The notes under the pieces were generated by a model. The model did no database searches and was not told the DNA's origin. It saw nothing but the letters and a program-made list of their open reading frames with translations. Of a DNA stretch of 64,000 nt, positions 54,882-63,810 are shown one piece after another. The stretch comes from Candidatus Methylomirabilis sp. GTDB taxonomy: Bacteria; Methylomirabilota; Methylomirabilia; Methylomirabilales; Methylomirabilaceae. The DNA is taken from contig JBGPUH010000001.1 in NCBI GenBank assembly GCA_041491025.1, forward strand, positions 8,043 through 72,042. Reading direction: 5' to 3'. Position 1 is the first letter of the stretch, and each line of letters opens with the position of its first letter. The translations under genes and the position numbers were made by a program.

Positions 54882-55952
54882 ATGACACCAGTTTGGATTT
54901 CGAAATGTCGCACCCGCCATGAGACCGTCACACACACGCTTGAGCTCCCGCGCGACCGTAAGAAACTCTCTCTCGGTCCAGTCGGGAACACCCAAGTCGA
55001 GGCCTTCGTCACACTCCTGCGCGGCATGACCGCTGACGCCATCGCGGCGCAATGGGCATGGGTGCAGGCTACGTGTGCGCTTCTGCGTGAGGCGCGGCGG
55101 CCCACGCGGCCAGGGGTTGAGATCAGCCGGTTGAGCACACGCGGACGGCGGACCTATGACCTTCGCATTCCCACCGCGACGTTCCGGCTCTCCCTTGGGC
55201 CGGTCGGCGACCCTCAGGTCGAGGCGCTGGTGACCACGCTCCGAGCACTGAGTGCAACCAGCATCCTTGCGCAACGCGACGAGCTCATCGCTCAGGTACG
55301 GGCCCTGCGCGCGGCACGGCGACCGACGCCCTCTGGCGTGGAGATCAGCCGCAACTGGATCCGTCACGGCTATCGCGTGTACAAACTTCGGCTCCCCGGC
55401 AAGCACTTCGGGCTCACACTCGGCCGCGTCGAACACCTCGCCGTGCAGAGCCTGGTCAGCCAACTGCGCCGCTTCACCGCTGAGGATATCCTGACCAACC
55501 GCGATGACCTGCGACGGCGCGTGAAGGCACTCCGCCGATCGCGTCAGGACACCATGCGCATCTGCCGTGCTGAGGACAAGACACGGCTCCAATGGCTCCA
55601 CGTCCAACGCCACCCCGACGGGGGACGGCCGGACTTCAGCGATCCGCTGACCCGCCACAACGGCACCAGCGCGATCCGACGCAACCCGTACGCGGCCCAG
55701 GATGCTGCGCTCATGCAGATGGCCGTCCGGGAGGAGCTCGCCACGTTATACAAGACCGATCCGACGGCGGCCGCACGGATGGCGGAAGAGATCGCGTTCC
55801 TGGAACTGCCTCTTGGCAACGGCAACGGCAACGGGCACACCACCAGGCCCGCGTCGGCCACCGTCACCACGTCGCCTCGCCGACCCTGCCTGCCACCTCA
55901 CCCGAGGGTGCGCGCTGCGAAGCCGCTGCGGCAAGCCGCCGTCCACGCGTAA
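54882..55952 (+). CDS. Arg-rich protein with three ~75 aa tandem repeats
   Basis: V.IS...R....Y.L..P....L(S/T)LG.V....V..LV..LR...A..I...R..L...V.ALR..R three times. Confidence 0.8.
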   Translation: MTPVWISKCRTRHETVTHTLELPRDRKKLSLGPVGNTQVEAFVTLLRGMTADAIAAQWAWVQATCALLREARRPTRPGVEISRLSTRGRRTYDLRIPTATFRLSLGPVGDPQVEALVTTLRALSATSILAQRDELIAQVRALRAARRPTPSGVEISRNWIRHGYRVYKLRLPGKHFGLTLGRVEHLAVQSLVSQLRRFTAEDILTNRDDLRRRVKALRRSRQDTMRICRAEDKTRLQWLHVQRHPDGGRPDFSDPLTRHNGTSAIRRNPYAAQDAALMQMAVREELATLYKTDPTAAARMAEEIAFLELPLGNGNGNGHTTRPASATVTTSPRRPCLPPHPRVRAAKPLRQAAVHA

Positions 55953-56175
55953 CCCCCGCCCAGGCACCCACGACCCGCCGAGCCGGACGCCCTCCCCCGG
56001 CTTGACGTGGTCCGCCTGGCTCTCTCCTAGACACATCATGCGCAGCCAGAGACACGGGGAAGGGGCATGGAACTTCGATCTGCTTGGGGGTGTCTCTAGG
56101 GCTCAGCGCATGGCTAGGCCCGTCAATTTCCCCCACGGTAACAAGGCCGTGGGGCATCGAAAGGAGGTGAGAACG

Positions 56176-56562
56176 ATGGCAAGTTACAATAAGGTCATCC
56201 TGGTCGGCAACTTGACCCGGGACCCCGAGACCAAGACGCTCCCATCGGGCGACCTGGTGGCGGCGTTCGGGCTCGCGACCAACCGGACGTACACGGCCAA
56301 GGACGGGACCAAGAAAGAGGACGTCTGCTTCATTGACGTCAGCGTCTATGGCAAGCAGGCCGGGCCGGTGGCCGAGCACCTGAAGAAAGGCCGTCAGGTC
56401 CTGGTCGACGGGCGCTTGCACTACCGGACCTGGGAGGCCCAGGACGGCACGAAGCACAGCAAGCACGAGGTCGTGGCCGATCGGGTCACGTTCCTGGGCC
56501 CGAAGCCCGACGGCAACGGCGGGACCACAAAGCCCGCGACAGAAGAGGAGGTCCCCTTCTAA
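56176..56562 (+). CDS. ssb: Single-stranded DNA-binding protein
   Basis: NKVILVGNLTRDPE...F.LATNR...KKGRQVLVDGRL...W; EEVPF tail. Confidence 0.97.
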   Translation: MASYNKVILVGNLTRDPETKTLPSGDLVAAFGLATNRTYTAKDGTKKEDVCFIDVSVYGKQAGPVAEHLKKGRQVLVDGRLHYRTWEAQDGTKHSKHEVVADRVTFLGPKPDGNGGTTKPATEEEVPF

Positions 56563-56661
56563 GCCAAGGGGCCCTGGCAACGCCCGGCGGGCTGGGGTGG
56601 GATCACACCGCCCTAGCCCGTCGGGCCTCTTCTCTCCCCATGAAACAATGGAGCACGTGCT

Positions 56662-56901
56662 ATGATTACCCAACAGGACCTCCTGACCCTGCAACACCTC
56701 AGTTGGCTGCTCACCAGCACCATCGTCTTCGACTGGTGCTTGGAGCTTGTGGCGTACGCAGGCTTTCCTGGCGTCGGCCGGTGGTTCGGGGAGCCGCTTA
56801 CCGAGGCGGTGCAGCGGGTGTTCAACGGAAGACCGATGGCTCCCCAGGCGTCAGGAGACAAGGGCCACTCAGCTTCACGCTCGCGACACAGCACACAATG
56901 A
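56662..56901 (+). CDS. Small hypothetical protein
   Basis: GGAG RBS; stop overlaps next motif copy. Confidence 0.45.
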   Translation: MITQQDLLTLQHLSWLLTSTIVFDWCLELVAYAGFPGVGRWFGEPLTEAVQRVFNGRPMAPQASGDKGHSASRSRHSTQ

Positions 56902-57056
56902 ATGGAACAGTGGTCTGCACCGTGTGAAAGGAGGTGATCATATAAAAGGCGTTTACATCGTGACACGCACCGAGCCCCCGATGCTGATGCTGTGGGGGCG
57001 AATGAAGCTGCATAGACAGAGACGGTAATCTGCGCCACATGAAAGGAAGAGAGGCC

Positions 57057-57446
57057 ATGGAACAACACACCCACACCAAGGGACCGTTCAAATACGGTAG
57101 CACCCTGCTTGAACCTGCCAGTGCCGGAAAAGACAACCGCTGGCTCCACCGCGTCTGGTCAAAAAAGCTTGCCATTATTATCGCCGAGGTCAACTGGGAA
57201 CCCGATGCCGACCTCATCGTGCGCTTCCAAGAGGTGCCCCACGAGTGCGACGATTCGACCTGTCCTGGCGCGGAGAATAAGCGGAAGTTAGAGGCGATTG
57301 ACGATCTCTTGGCCGCCCTGAAAGAACTCGGACACGCGACCGCCCCATTCATCTCAACCGCAATCAGCTCCAAGAATCCCGTAGTTATTCAGGCGATCAA
57401 CTTGGCAAACGCGGCGATCGCCAAGGCTGAAGGGACAACCCGGTAA
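57057..57446 (+). CDS. Phage-type hypothetical protein
   Basis: HTKGPF...DADLI...DLLAALKEL...AAIAKAEG pattern. Confidence 0.75.
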   Translation: MEQHTHTKGPFKYGSTLLEPASAGKDNRWLHRVWSKKLAIIIAEVNWEPDADLIVRFQEVPHECDDSTCPGAENKRKLEAIDDLLAALKELGHATAPFISTAISSKNPVVIQAINLANAAIAKAEGTTR

Positions 57447-57512
57447 CCCACACGCCAAAAGCTCGCAACACGTAACCCTGCACACACCGTCATGCTGACG
57501 CCCCCCGCCCGA

Positions 57513-57571
57513 CCGGCAGCGGCTAGATCGTTCGCCCTCCTGCGATCCGGCTGCCGCCGGGGTTTTTTCTT
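57513..57571 (+). terminator. Long hairpin with U-tract
   Basis: CCGGCAGCGGCTAGATCG...CGATCCGGCTGCCGCCGG-GGTTTTTTCTT. Confidence 0.6.
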
Positions 57572-57628
57572 CGCCCGGAGAGCATGAGCGTGTTGGTCTG
57601 TTTTTAGATGAAAGGAGGTGACTCCCCC

Positions 57629-57832
57629 ATGGCCGAATATGCGCTCAACATTCCCGGCACTATCATCGGACGACTCGACGCCGACTCGCTAGCTGAGGCT
57701 CACGAGCGCGCACAAGAGTTCGTGCGAGACCTCAACGCCAGCGACACACTCCAGACCCAAGACTGTCGAATCTCCTTCAGCGTGAAGGCGGACGCCCCCC
57801 AGTCGCTTCACGTCTTTCTCAACGAGGAATAA
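57629..57832 (+). CDS. Small hypothetical protein
   Basis: Motif plus AAAGGAGGTGA. Confidence 0.68.
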   Translation: MAEYALNIPGTIIGRLDADSLAEAHERAQEFVRDLNASDTLQTQDCRISFSVKADAPQSLHVFLNEE

Positions 57833-58011
57833 CAGCGTCTCCTGCGATCCGGCTGCTGTCGGGTTTTCATTCTCGTATGGTTGACAGGTCATGTACCGCC
57901 TGCTATCGTAACAGCACACATTGAATATTCCCCACGCCGTGGGGATCATCGGCCGAACGCCTTAGCTGTTCCGATCCCGTGAGACCACAAGAACACCCAG
58001 TAGCGAACAAT

Positions 58012-58050
58012 GAGCGTGTCCGGTTCATCGCCGGGCACGCTCTTCGTTTT
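58012..58050 (+). terminator. Intrinsic terminator
   Basis: GAGCGTGTCCGG-TTCATCG-CCGGGCACGCTC-TTCGTTTT. Confidence 0.65.
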
Positions 58051-58082
58051 CCCAACCACGCCGTCATCTATATGGAGATCCT

Positions 58083-58676
58083 ATGAACGCTCTACTCCGA
58101 CGACGCTGCCCGGCCCACTCCGCCACAACTACCGTCCGGGTCCCCTGTCTAGGCGAGTGGCACTCCGTAAGCTGGCAGAATGATCGGCTGGTACTGCACG
58201 ATCATTCGGATATGGACATGAAGTTTCTGAAGATTCTCGATAGCCACAGTCGATGCGGTGAGATCCTTGCCACCATCTCAGCCCCCATCCGTGCGGATGA
58301 ACTCCCCTGGGCATTGTGGACGGCGAGGGCACGCAGCAATCGACGACTACTCAACGGTCCCCAGGCCCGTGTTGTCGACCACCTCTGGGATCAGCACTAT
58401 GCCATTCGGACACTGGATATCTGCTTCGTCGTCGGCGTCACCTTTTCCATGAAAGCGCCGATCATCGAAGTCTCCACCTGGAACCACCACTCGAGGGACA
58501 AGAACAACTTGATCAGTAAAAAAGAACACCTCGCCATCTACTGTAATGCGGGATGGCGGGTCAATTGGGCAGTCGCCCGCGAGCTTGTGCCACTCAGTTC
58601 ATCTCACGTAGGGCAGGAGACGTTCGCCGCCATCGCTCTGGCCTTCGGCGTGCGCTCGCCGGAGCAGCAACCGTGA
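58083..58676 (+). CDS. C-H-H-C domain protein
   Basis: VRVPCLGEWH...RLVLHDH...SRC..IL; GW.VNW. Confidence 0.75.
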   Translation: MNALLRRRCPAHSATTTVRVPCLGEWHSVSWQNDRLVLHDHSDMDMKFLKILDSHSRCGEILATISAPIRADELPWALWTARARSNRRLLNGPQARVVDHLWDQHYAIRTLDICFVVGVTFSMKAPIIEVSTWNHHSRDKNNLISKKEHLAIYCNAGWRVNWAVARELVPLSSSHVGQETFAAIALAFGVRSPEQQP

Positions 58677-58997
58677 ACGGCCCCATCCTCACACCTCAAG
58701 CCATGTAACTAGACGCGCCCCTTCTGTCTCCCGCCGACCCTGTTCGCGATCCCAGGCCCGCCGTCCCCTTCGTCCAGCACACAGACAGAACAGGATGCAG
58801 AGCATTCCAAGGACGATGATGGTCATGGTGATTCTCTCCTTCTGATAGTTCTCAGTTGTCGTTCAGCACGTCACCCAAACGCACGCTCCCTTATCTCCCC
58901 CAAGTGTTCCCCGTGTGCCCCTGACCCCGCTCGCCACGGCCTTCGCCTGGTGGCAGCGGCACACCTGGGAGAGAAGGGGCGGGTGATGGGTGGAGGA

Positions 58998-59504
58998 TTA
59001 CGAGGGGGTGCCCGCCGGTGTCAGCCGCTTCGCAAAACACGGCCGACAGTAGAAGTGGCCCGGGTAGGTGATCGGCCAGTTGCACGCTAGGCATGGCGCG
59101 GCCTGGCCAGTCGCCGCGGGATCAACGTAGTAGCCGCCGTTCTCGCCGAGGGGACGGTGGCAATCGGCGCAGAGGGTCGTCCGAAACACGTCCTGATTGT
59201 CGTGCTCCTCTCTACACAGGCTGGCCCCCGCCGCCTCCAGGCACCGGCAGGCGTGTTCCTCTTCTTCACAGGCTTTTGGGATGATCTCTTTGACCACGAT
59301 CAGGGGGATAAGCGGCTTTGTGGGTGCCTCGAGCATGGCAATCACTCCTTCTTTGATGGCCGCACTCGCGGCGTTGAGGATGGGGTCGCGTCTCACGTGA
59401 TCCCAATAGGCGTTATCTGGTATCGCCGGGTTCCAAAAGAGCTCGCTGAGACGGGGGGAGAGATCGGGGTCGATCACCATCGGCTGGTTCACGGGTGTTT
59501 GCAT
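58998..59504 (-). CDS. Cys-rich zinc-finger-like protein
   Basis: CADC, CLAC, CRPC; AGGAG RBS. Confidence 0.65.
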   Translation of the reverse strand: MQTPVNQPMVIDPDLSPRLSELFWNPAIPDNAYWDHVRRDPILNAASAAIKEGVIAMLEAPTKPLIPLIVVKEIIPKACEEEEHACRCLEAAGASLCREEHDNQDVFRTTLCADCHRPLGENGGYYVDPAATGQAAPCLACNWPITYPGHFYCRPCFAKRLTPAGTPS

Positions 59505-59547
59505 GGGTGAGGCTCCTGTTGCTTGGTGTGCTGTGGATGGGAACGGA

Positions 59548-59784
59548 CTACACGTGGTCGCTCCCGCCCTCTTCCTTTGCGGGGTCTGTGATGTGCCGGC
59601 GCAAGGGCACCACCAGCGCTTCGAGTACCCTCCACCATAAGGCATAGACCGGCATCGTGATCCCGTACAGCACGCCCAGGGTACCCGGGGTCAGCGTGAG
59701 GTGCCACGTCCAGACGGCGATGAGCACCAGGGGGAACTGAACGCCGGTGTGGATGGCAAACACCAGTAGAGAGAGGCGCACCAT
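59548..59784 (-). CDS. Small membrane protein
   Basis: Two hydrophobic segments. Confidence 0.5.
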   Translation of the reverse strand: MVRLSLLVFAIHTGVQFPLVLIAVWTWHLTLTPGTLGVLYGITMPVYALWWRVLEALVVPLRRHITDPAKEEGGSDHV

Positions 59785-59987
59785 AAGGGTCCTGCGTGAG
59801 GGTGGCTTCTCCTGTAGGACTGCGACCACATCGTTAAGAGTTGCCCGGCGAGCCCATGCTCCAGGGTGAACTGGACTGAGCGCCGAGCGGCGATACGCTG
59901 GTTAATCACGCGGCGGGCCTCGTGGGCGGCGGGGAGTGAGAGGTCCTCGAGCTGTTCGCGCAGGTTGTCGGTGAAGCGTTGTGACAT
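59691..59987 (-). CDS. Small hypothetical protein
   Basis: AAAGGAG RBS; overlaps next ORF, 3' end doubtful. Confidence 0.45.
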   Translation of the reverse strand: MSQRFTDNLREQLEDLSLPAAHEARRVINQRIAARRSVQFTLEHGLAGQLLTMWSQSYRRSHPHAGPLWCASLYWCLPSTPAFSSPWCSSPSGRGTSR

Positions 59988-60066
59988 GGGACTTCTCCTT
60001 TGTGAGGTGGTACTCTTGAGCGGCTGAGGCACACATGGGATGGGGCTGTCGAGAGTGACCCGTTAT

Positions 60067-60543
60067 TTAGAGCCCAAGGCGTCGTATAGTACGTGTCGCG
60101 CGGTCCCAGGGGGCCGGGAGACGCTTGGACCTCCTATGGGAGCAGCTCCAAGCGTGTCTTACGGACGCCACCACCGGTAGACCCACCAACAGCATCCCAA
60201 GACCAAGCAGCCAGCGCGTCACCGGCGACCGAATCCAATGGGTGACACCACTCCAGGCGGTCAGGAGCCCCACCACCGCTAGAAGCTCCATGAGGATCAT
60301 CCACAGATCCCCCCACAGACGGCCATCTGGATCACAGGACTTTGAGTGCACCCCTTGACTTATGCCAAGGTGGAGCGCCAACACCGCCCCAACCCACAGA
60401 CACACGTTTATTGCCCAGGTATACGGACCCAGCGTCGATATCGCCATTCCTATAAGGGCTAGCGCGGCCACACAGAAGGCCGATCTCTTTCTTCTGTCTT
60501 CTCGTTGTGCCGCCCTTGTCTTCGCTCCTCTCTGATGCTCCAT
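60067..60543 (-). CDS. Four-TM membrane protein
   Basis: AAGGAG RBS; four hydrophobic segments. Confidence 0.68.
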   Translation of the reverse strand: MEHQRGAKTRAAQREDRRKRSAFCVAALALIGMAISTLGPYTWAINVCLWVGAVLALHLGISQGVHSKSCDPDGRLWGDLWMILMELLAVVGLLTAWSGVTHWIRSPVTRWLLGLGMLLVGLPVVASVRHAWSCSHRRSKRLPAPWDRATRTIRRLGL

Positions 60544-60607
60544 GGCTTTACTCCTTGTGATAATGAATGGGGTGTGGGCCTGCTGGGGGTGAAAAGGAGA
60601 TGTCAAC

Positions 60608-61267
60608 ATGACTGTTCTTCGCGTCCCTTGTTTCGACGGCCAGGATCATCGGGTGAGCCTGCTGGACGATGGCTCGCTGCGGTTCGAGAACCACCCGGAG
60701 AGCACCATGAAGCTCGCCGAGGTGATGGACTTGGCGGTTGGGTGCCGGACGGTGCTGCTGGGACAGTATGAATACGTGTGGCGATCGTCGCGGCAGACCC
60801 TTGACGGCGCGTTTCCGCAAGGACAGACCTGTGAGGACCTCGGGCTTCTCTCGCTGCCGCCAGCCCTTTATGCCGCGTTTCTCCAGGGCTGGACCCTTGG
60901 ACTGGACCTGGGTTTCGTCCATGCCGCGCGGCCTGATCGTCGCCAGCCGATCAGCCTGGGTCAGTTGGGCAGCGTGCGCCTGGCCTTCCTGCGAGACGGC
61001 CTCTGGACACCCGCGTGGGACGCCATTCGCTCTGCCGCCCGCAATACGGACGTGACCGGATGGTGCGGCGAGATGGGCATCTCCATGGACTCCAGGGGAG
61101 AATCCGGCGCTGATCCGTTCTGGGGCGACGGGTGGATATCTGACGCGTGGTGCCGCGTCTGTCGCGTCCCCTGTAGCCCCCTCGAGACGCACGCGCACAG
61201 CGAGGCGCATGTGCAGGCCGTGGTGACGGCGGCGCGAGAGGCGTTTGCCCTGTTGCCACATGAATAG
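60608..61267 (+). CDS. C-H-H-C domain protein with C-terminal C2H2 finger
   Basis: LRVPCFDGQDH...GSLRFENH...GC; CRVC...HAHSEAHVQAV. Confidence 0.78.
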   Translation: MTVLRVPCFDGQDHRVSLLDDGSLRFENHPESTMKLAEVMDLAVGCRTVLLGQYEYVWRSSRQTLDGAFPQGQTCEDLGLLSLPPALYAAFLQGWTLGLDLGFVHAARPDRRQPISLGQLGSVRLAFLRDGLWTPAWDAIRSAARNTDVTGWCGEMGISMDSRGESGADPFWGDGWISDAWCRVCRVPCSPLETHAHSEAHVQAVVTAAREAFALLPHE

Positions 61268-61310
61268 GAATGAAACCACGGCCTGCTTTTGGTGAAAGGA
61301 GGTGATCGCG

Positions 61311-61739
61311 ATGCTTACGCTCAAATGGACTCCCGACGAGCTAGTCCGGTGTGACCAGCGGCCGGCAGGCCAGGACGTGGCCGCGTTCTGGACCGAGAAA
61401 GTTGAGATCCAGCACGATCCCGACGTCGCGCGGATCGACGGGCAGCATTACATTGTGGCCGACGCCGACGGGAACCGCACCGGCGGGCCCCACGGGTTCG
61501 ACGGCCGCACGTTCACCCTCCGTTTCCGGGGCGGCGGCGGACGGATCGTGGTCACGCGCGACCTCTGGCACCAAGGGGAGATCCCCGGCGACTACCGGGC
61601 GCAGCTGCCGGACACGGCCGTGTTCGACGGCGAGGGCCCCCTGCCCACAGACGCACCACTGACCCACTACGCCGAGGTCCAGGGCCGCTTGCTGGCCCGC
61701 GTGGTCATCGAGCACCCGGAGCGCCCAGCGACCCCGTGA
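61311..61739 (+). CDS. Conserved hypothetical, paralog of 62516
   Basis: FW..K...RI.G.HY...GF.GR.FT.RF...T..LW.QG.IP...R..LPD.A.F. Confidence 0.8.
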   Translation: MLTLKWTPDELVRCDQRPAGQDVAAFWTEKVEIQHDPDVARIDGQHYIVADADGNRTGGPHGFDGRTFTLRFRGGGGRIVVTRDLWHQGEIPGDYRAQLPDTAVFDGEGPLPTDAPLTHYAEVQGRLLARVVIEHPERPATP

Positions 61740-61930
61740 TCGTGACGGTATTCCGTCCCTGCGTGGTCCTGGCCGCCCCCCCCAGCCCGGCGCAGGGGCG
61801 GAGGCCCGCCCGCACAGCCAAGCCCCCACTCCCCTGTCTCCCCCAGGTGTTCCCCTATTCTGCTGGCTCCACTGAAACCGCATGGGACCCTGGCCTGCTA
61901 GGGGGTGAACGTTTTCCCAGGAGGTGTCCC

Positions 61931-62107
61931 ATGGCCCAACTCGTTCAGCCTGTTCGTATCTGGATTCGATCGCCCGCCTGCGGCGACTGCTGGAAGCTCT
62001 GGAGCGTCAACTGGCGGCCGGAGCTCTGTTTGGGGTGCCCGGAGCGGCGGATCGTGACGGTGCCGGAGGGAGCGGCAGAACAGTCGCAGGGGGCCGTATG
62101 CCCATAA
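61931..62107 (+). CDS. Small zinc-ribbon protein
   Basis: Motif plus AGGAGGTG; CGDC...CLGC. Confidence 0.55.
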   Translation: MAQLVQPVRIWIRSPACGDCWKLWSVNWRPELCLGCPERRIVTVPEGAAEQSQGAVCP

Positions 62108-62469
62108 TGGCCGCTTCTACTCTTGCTGCCTACCGGTTCAGCCGATTTTCAAGCCGCTATTATTTCGTCAGCATTGAATTGCTGGCCGATAGCGGCACCG
62201 TGCTCCGCTCTGTTTTGACGGAACACCCCGGCCTCGCCCTACTAGAACTTGCACAATACCCGCTTGGTTCGCTTGACCATGGATTCGAGTATCCCAATGA
62301 TAGTTGGAACAGCCTGAGGCAACATGTTGCTACCCTCTTGAAGCGCCATCTGGGTGTTGGCCGCTCCCTTACCATGACTGTCGCGACCCTCACCAGCCTG
62401 CGCCTTGCCTCACTCACCAACTCCCCCGTGCGAGCGCGGGTGCGAAAGGGCGAGATCGTGGTCGCCTAA
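62107..62469 (+). CDS. Hypothetical protein
   Basis: TAATG coupling. Confidence 0.5.
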   Translation: MAASTLAAYRFSRFSSRYYFVSIELLADSGTVLRSVLTEHPGLALLELAQYPLGSLDHGFEYPNDSWNSLRQHVATLLKRHLGVGRSLTMTVATLTSLRLASLTNSPVRARVRKGEIVVA

Positions 62470-62515
62470 GCGAATGAGACGCTGGTCTGTCTCTGATGAA
62501 AGGAGATCACTGTCT

Positions 62516-62818
62516 ATGACCATCACGTCACCTGCACCACCCGCGTACATCACGGCGTTCTGGGATCAGAAGGTCGCCGTGCGCGATGACCCCGCCAGCG
62601 TGAGGATCCGGGGCCATCACTATCATATCGGGCCCGAGACTGGAGGGGTGTGGCGAAAGTATCCCGGACGCCGCGGGTTCAACGGGCGCAAGTTTACGAT
62701 CCGGTTTTTCGACGGACGGATCGTCACCACGACGAACCTGTGGGGCCAAGGGCGCATCCCGGAGAGCCATCGGGAGCGGCTGCCCGACAACGCCGAGTTT
62801 GTGGAGGAGCGGCCGTAG
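62516..62818 (+). CDS. Conserved hypothetical, paralog of 61311
   Basis: GFNGRKFTIRFFDGRIVTTTNLWGQGRIP...LPDNAEF. Confidence 0.82.
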   Translation: MTITSPAPPAYITAFWDQKVAVRDDPASVRIRGHHYHIGPETGGVWRKYPGRRGFNGRKFTIRFFDGRIVTTTNLWGQGRIPESHRERLPDNAEFVEERP

Positions 62819-62851
62819 CACCGTCAGTCACTATCAAAGGAGGAGTGAGCC

Positions 62852-63154
62852 ATGATCGTTGAGGTTGAACTGCACGCGTTCCATGGGCGCGGCCACAGCG
62901 AGGTCCGTCAGGTGGACGTCCCGGACGACGCCACCCTTGAGGACGTCTTTTACTGGGGCCAGAACGACTTCCAGCCGAAGCCCCAGCGCAGCGTCAGCGT
63001 TGGCGACATCATCCGGTGGACGAACGGGCGCTACCTGGTTGTCCCCACGGGATTTGAGCGGCTTGCTGAGGGCGTTGCCCTGCCGCCGGACCCCTTGGGG
63101 TTACTAGCCTACAGGCTCTCCCCTGAGCCCGATAAGACGAACAGCGCCCCTTGA
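62852..63154 (+). CDS. YodL-like domain protein
   Basis: LEDVF...N...RSVSVGDII......YLV...GFERL. Confidence 0.65.
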   Translation: MIVEVELHAFHGRGHSEVRQVDVPDDATLEDVFYWGQNDFQPKPQRSVSVGDIIRWTNGRYLVVPTGFERLAEGVALPPDPLGLLAYRLSPEPDKTNSAP

Positions 63155-63196
63155 ATGGGGTCAGGGACTGTCCATGAGTGAAAGGAGGACTACGCG

Positions 63197-63343
63197 ATGA
63201 AGCTCATTCTCACGCGGACACTCCCCAAGGGGCGTGTGCCGCATCATCCCACCAAGGTGGAACCCCCGCGGGGCCGATACGATCGGAGGCGGGCGAAACA
63301 AGAGACCTTGCGGCGGATCCGCTCGGAAGACGTTGAACCATGA
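63197..63343 (+). CDS. 48 aa basic peptide (not in ORF track)
   Basis: Motif plus AAAGGAGG; ATGA coupling; PTKV...GRYDRRRAKQE. Confidence 0.6.
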   Translation: MKLILTRTLPKGRVPHHPTKVEPPRGRYDRRRAKQETLRRIRSEDVEP

Positions 63344-63810
63344 GGCCGCGCGCGATCCCCCAGGACGTCACGGTGGACGTGGCGTGCTTGGGCGAGCGGC
63401 ACCAGGTGTCGCTGGTTCGAGGGCGGCTGCGGTTTCACCACCACCGGCTGTCGGACGTGCGCCTTGGGACATTGCTGAATGCCAAAGATATGGGGTGCGT
63501 GGATCTCTTCTCTGGTGTGCGAGACCGGCACTTCGGGTACTGGGTCACCGGCTTGTGCCCGTGCCCGTCTGCTTGGCTGCGGCTTCACGACAGCCTGACC
63601 GAGCAGGTCCACACCAAGCGGGTACTGGGCGAGCCACCCTCTGACCACGACCACCTCTCTACCGTGTCTGCGGATGGCCGCCGGATCACCGTTGGTCTGA
63701 CGGGCACAGGGTGCCAGCTCTGCCAGATGATCTTTGAGCTTCACGATGAGATGGAGTTCCTAGGCGTTGACGTGTCGGCTCAGAATGAAACCTCGGCCTG
63801 CTTTCCTTGA
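63340..63810 (+). CDS. C-H-H-C domain protein
   Basis: VDVACLGERH...GRLRFHHH...GC. Confidence 0.72.
   Translation: MRPRAIPQDVTVDVACLGERHQVSLVRGRLRFHHHRLSDVRLGTLLNAKDMGCVDLFSGVRDRHFGYWVTGLCPCPSAWLRLHDSLTEQVHTKRVLGEPPSDHDHLSTVSADGRRITVGLTGTGCQLCQMIFELHDEMEFLGVDVSAQNETSACFP

Noticed and set aside
55702-56175. 158 aa N-terminal extension of SSB in the ORF track
   Set aside because: Overlaps another gene; strong AAGGAGGTGA RBS precedes ATG 56176
58012-58050. CGGTTCATCGCCGGGCACGC resembling a type I-E repeat start
   Set aside because: Fully explained as a terminator hairpin with U-tract
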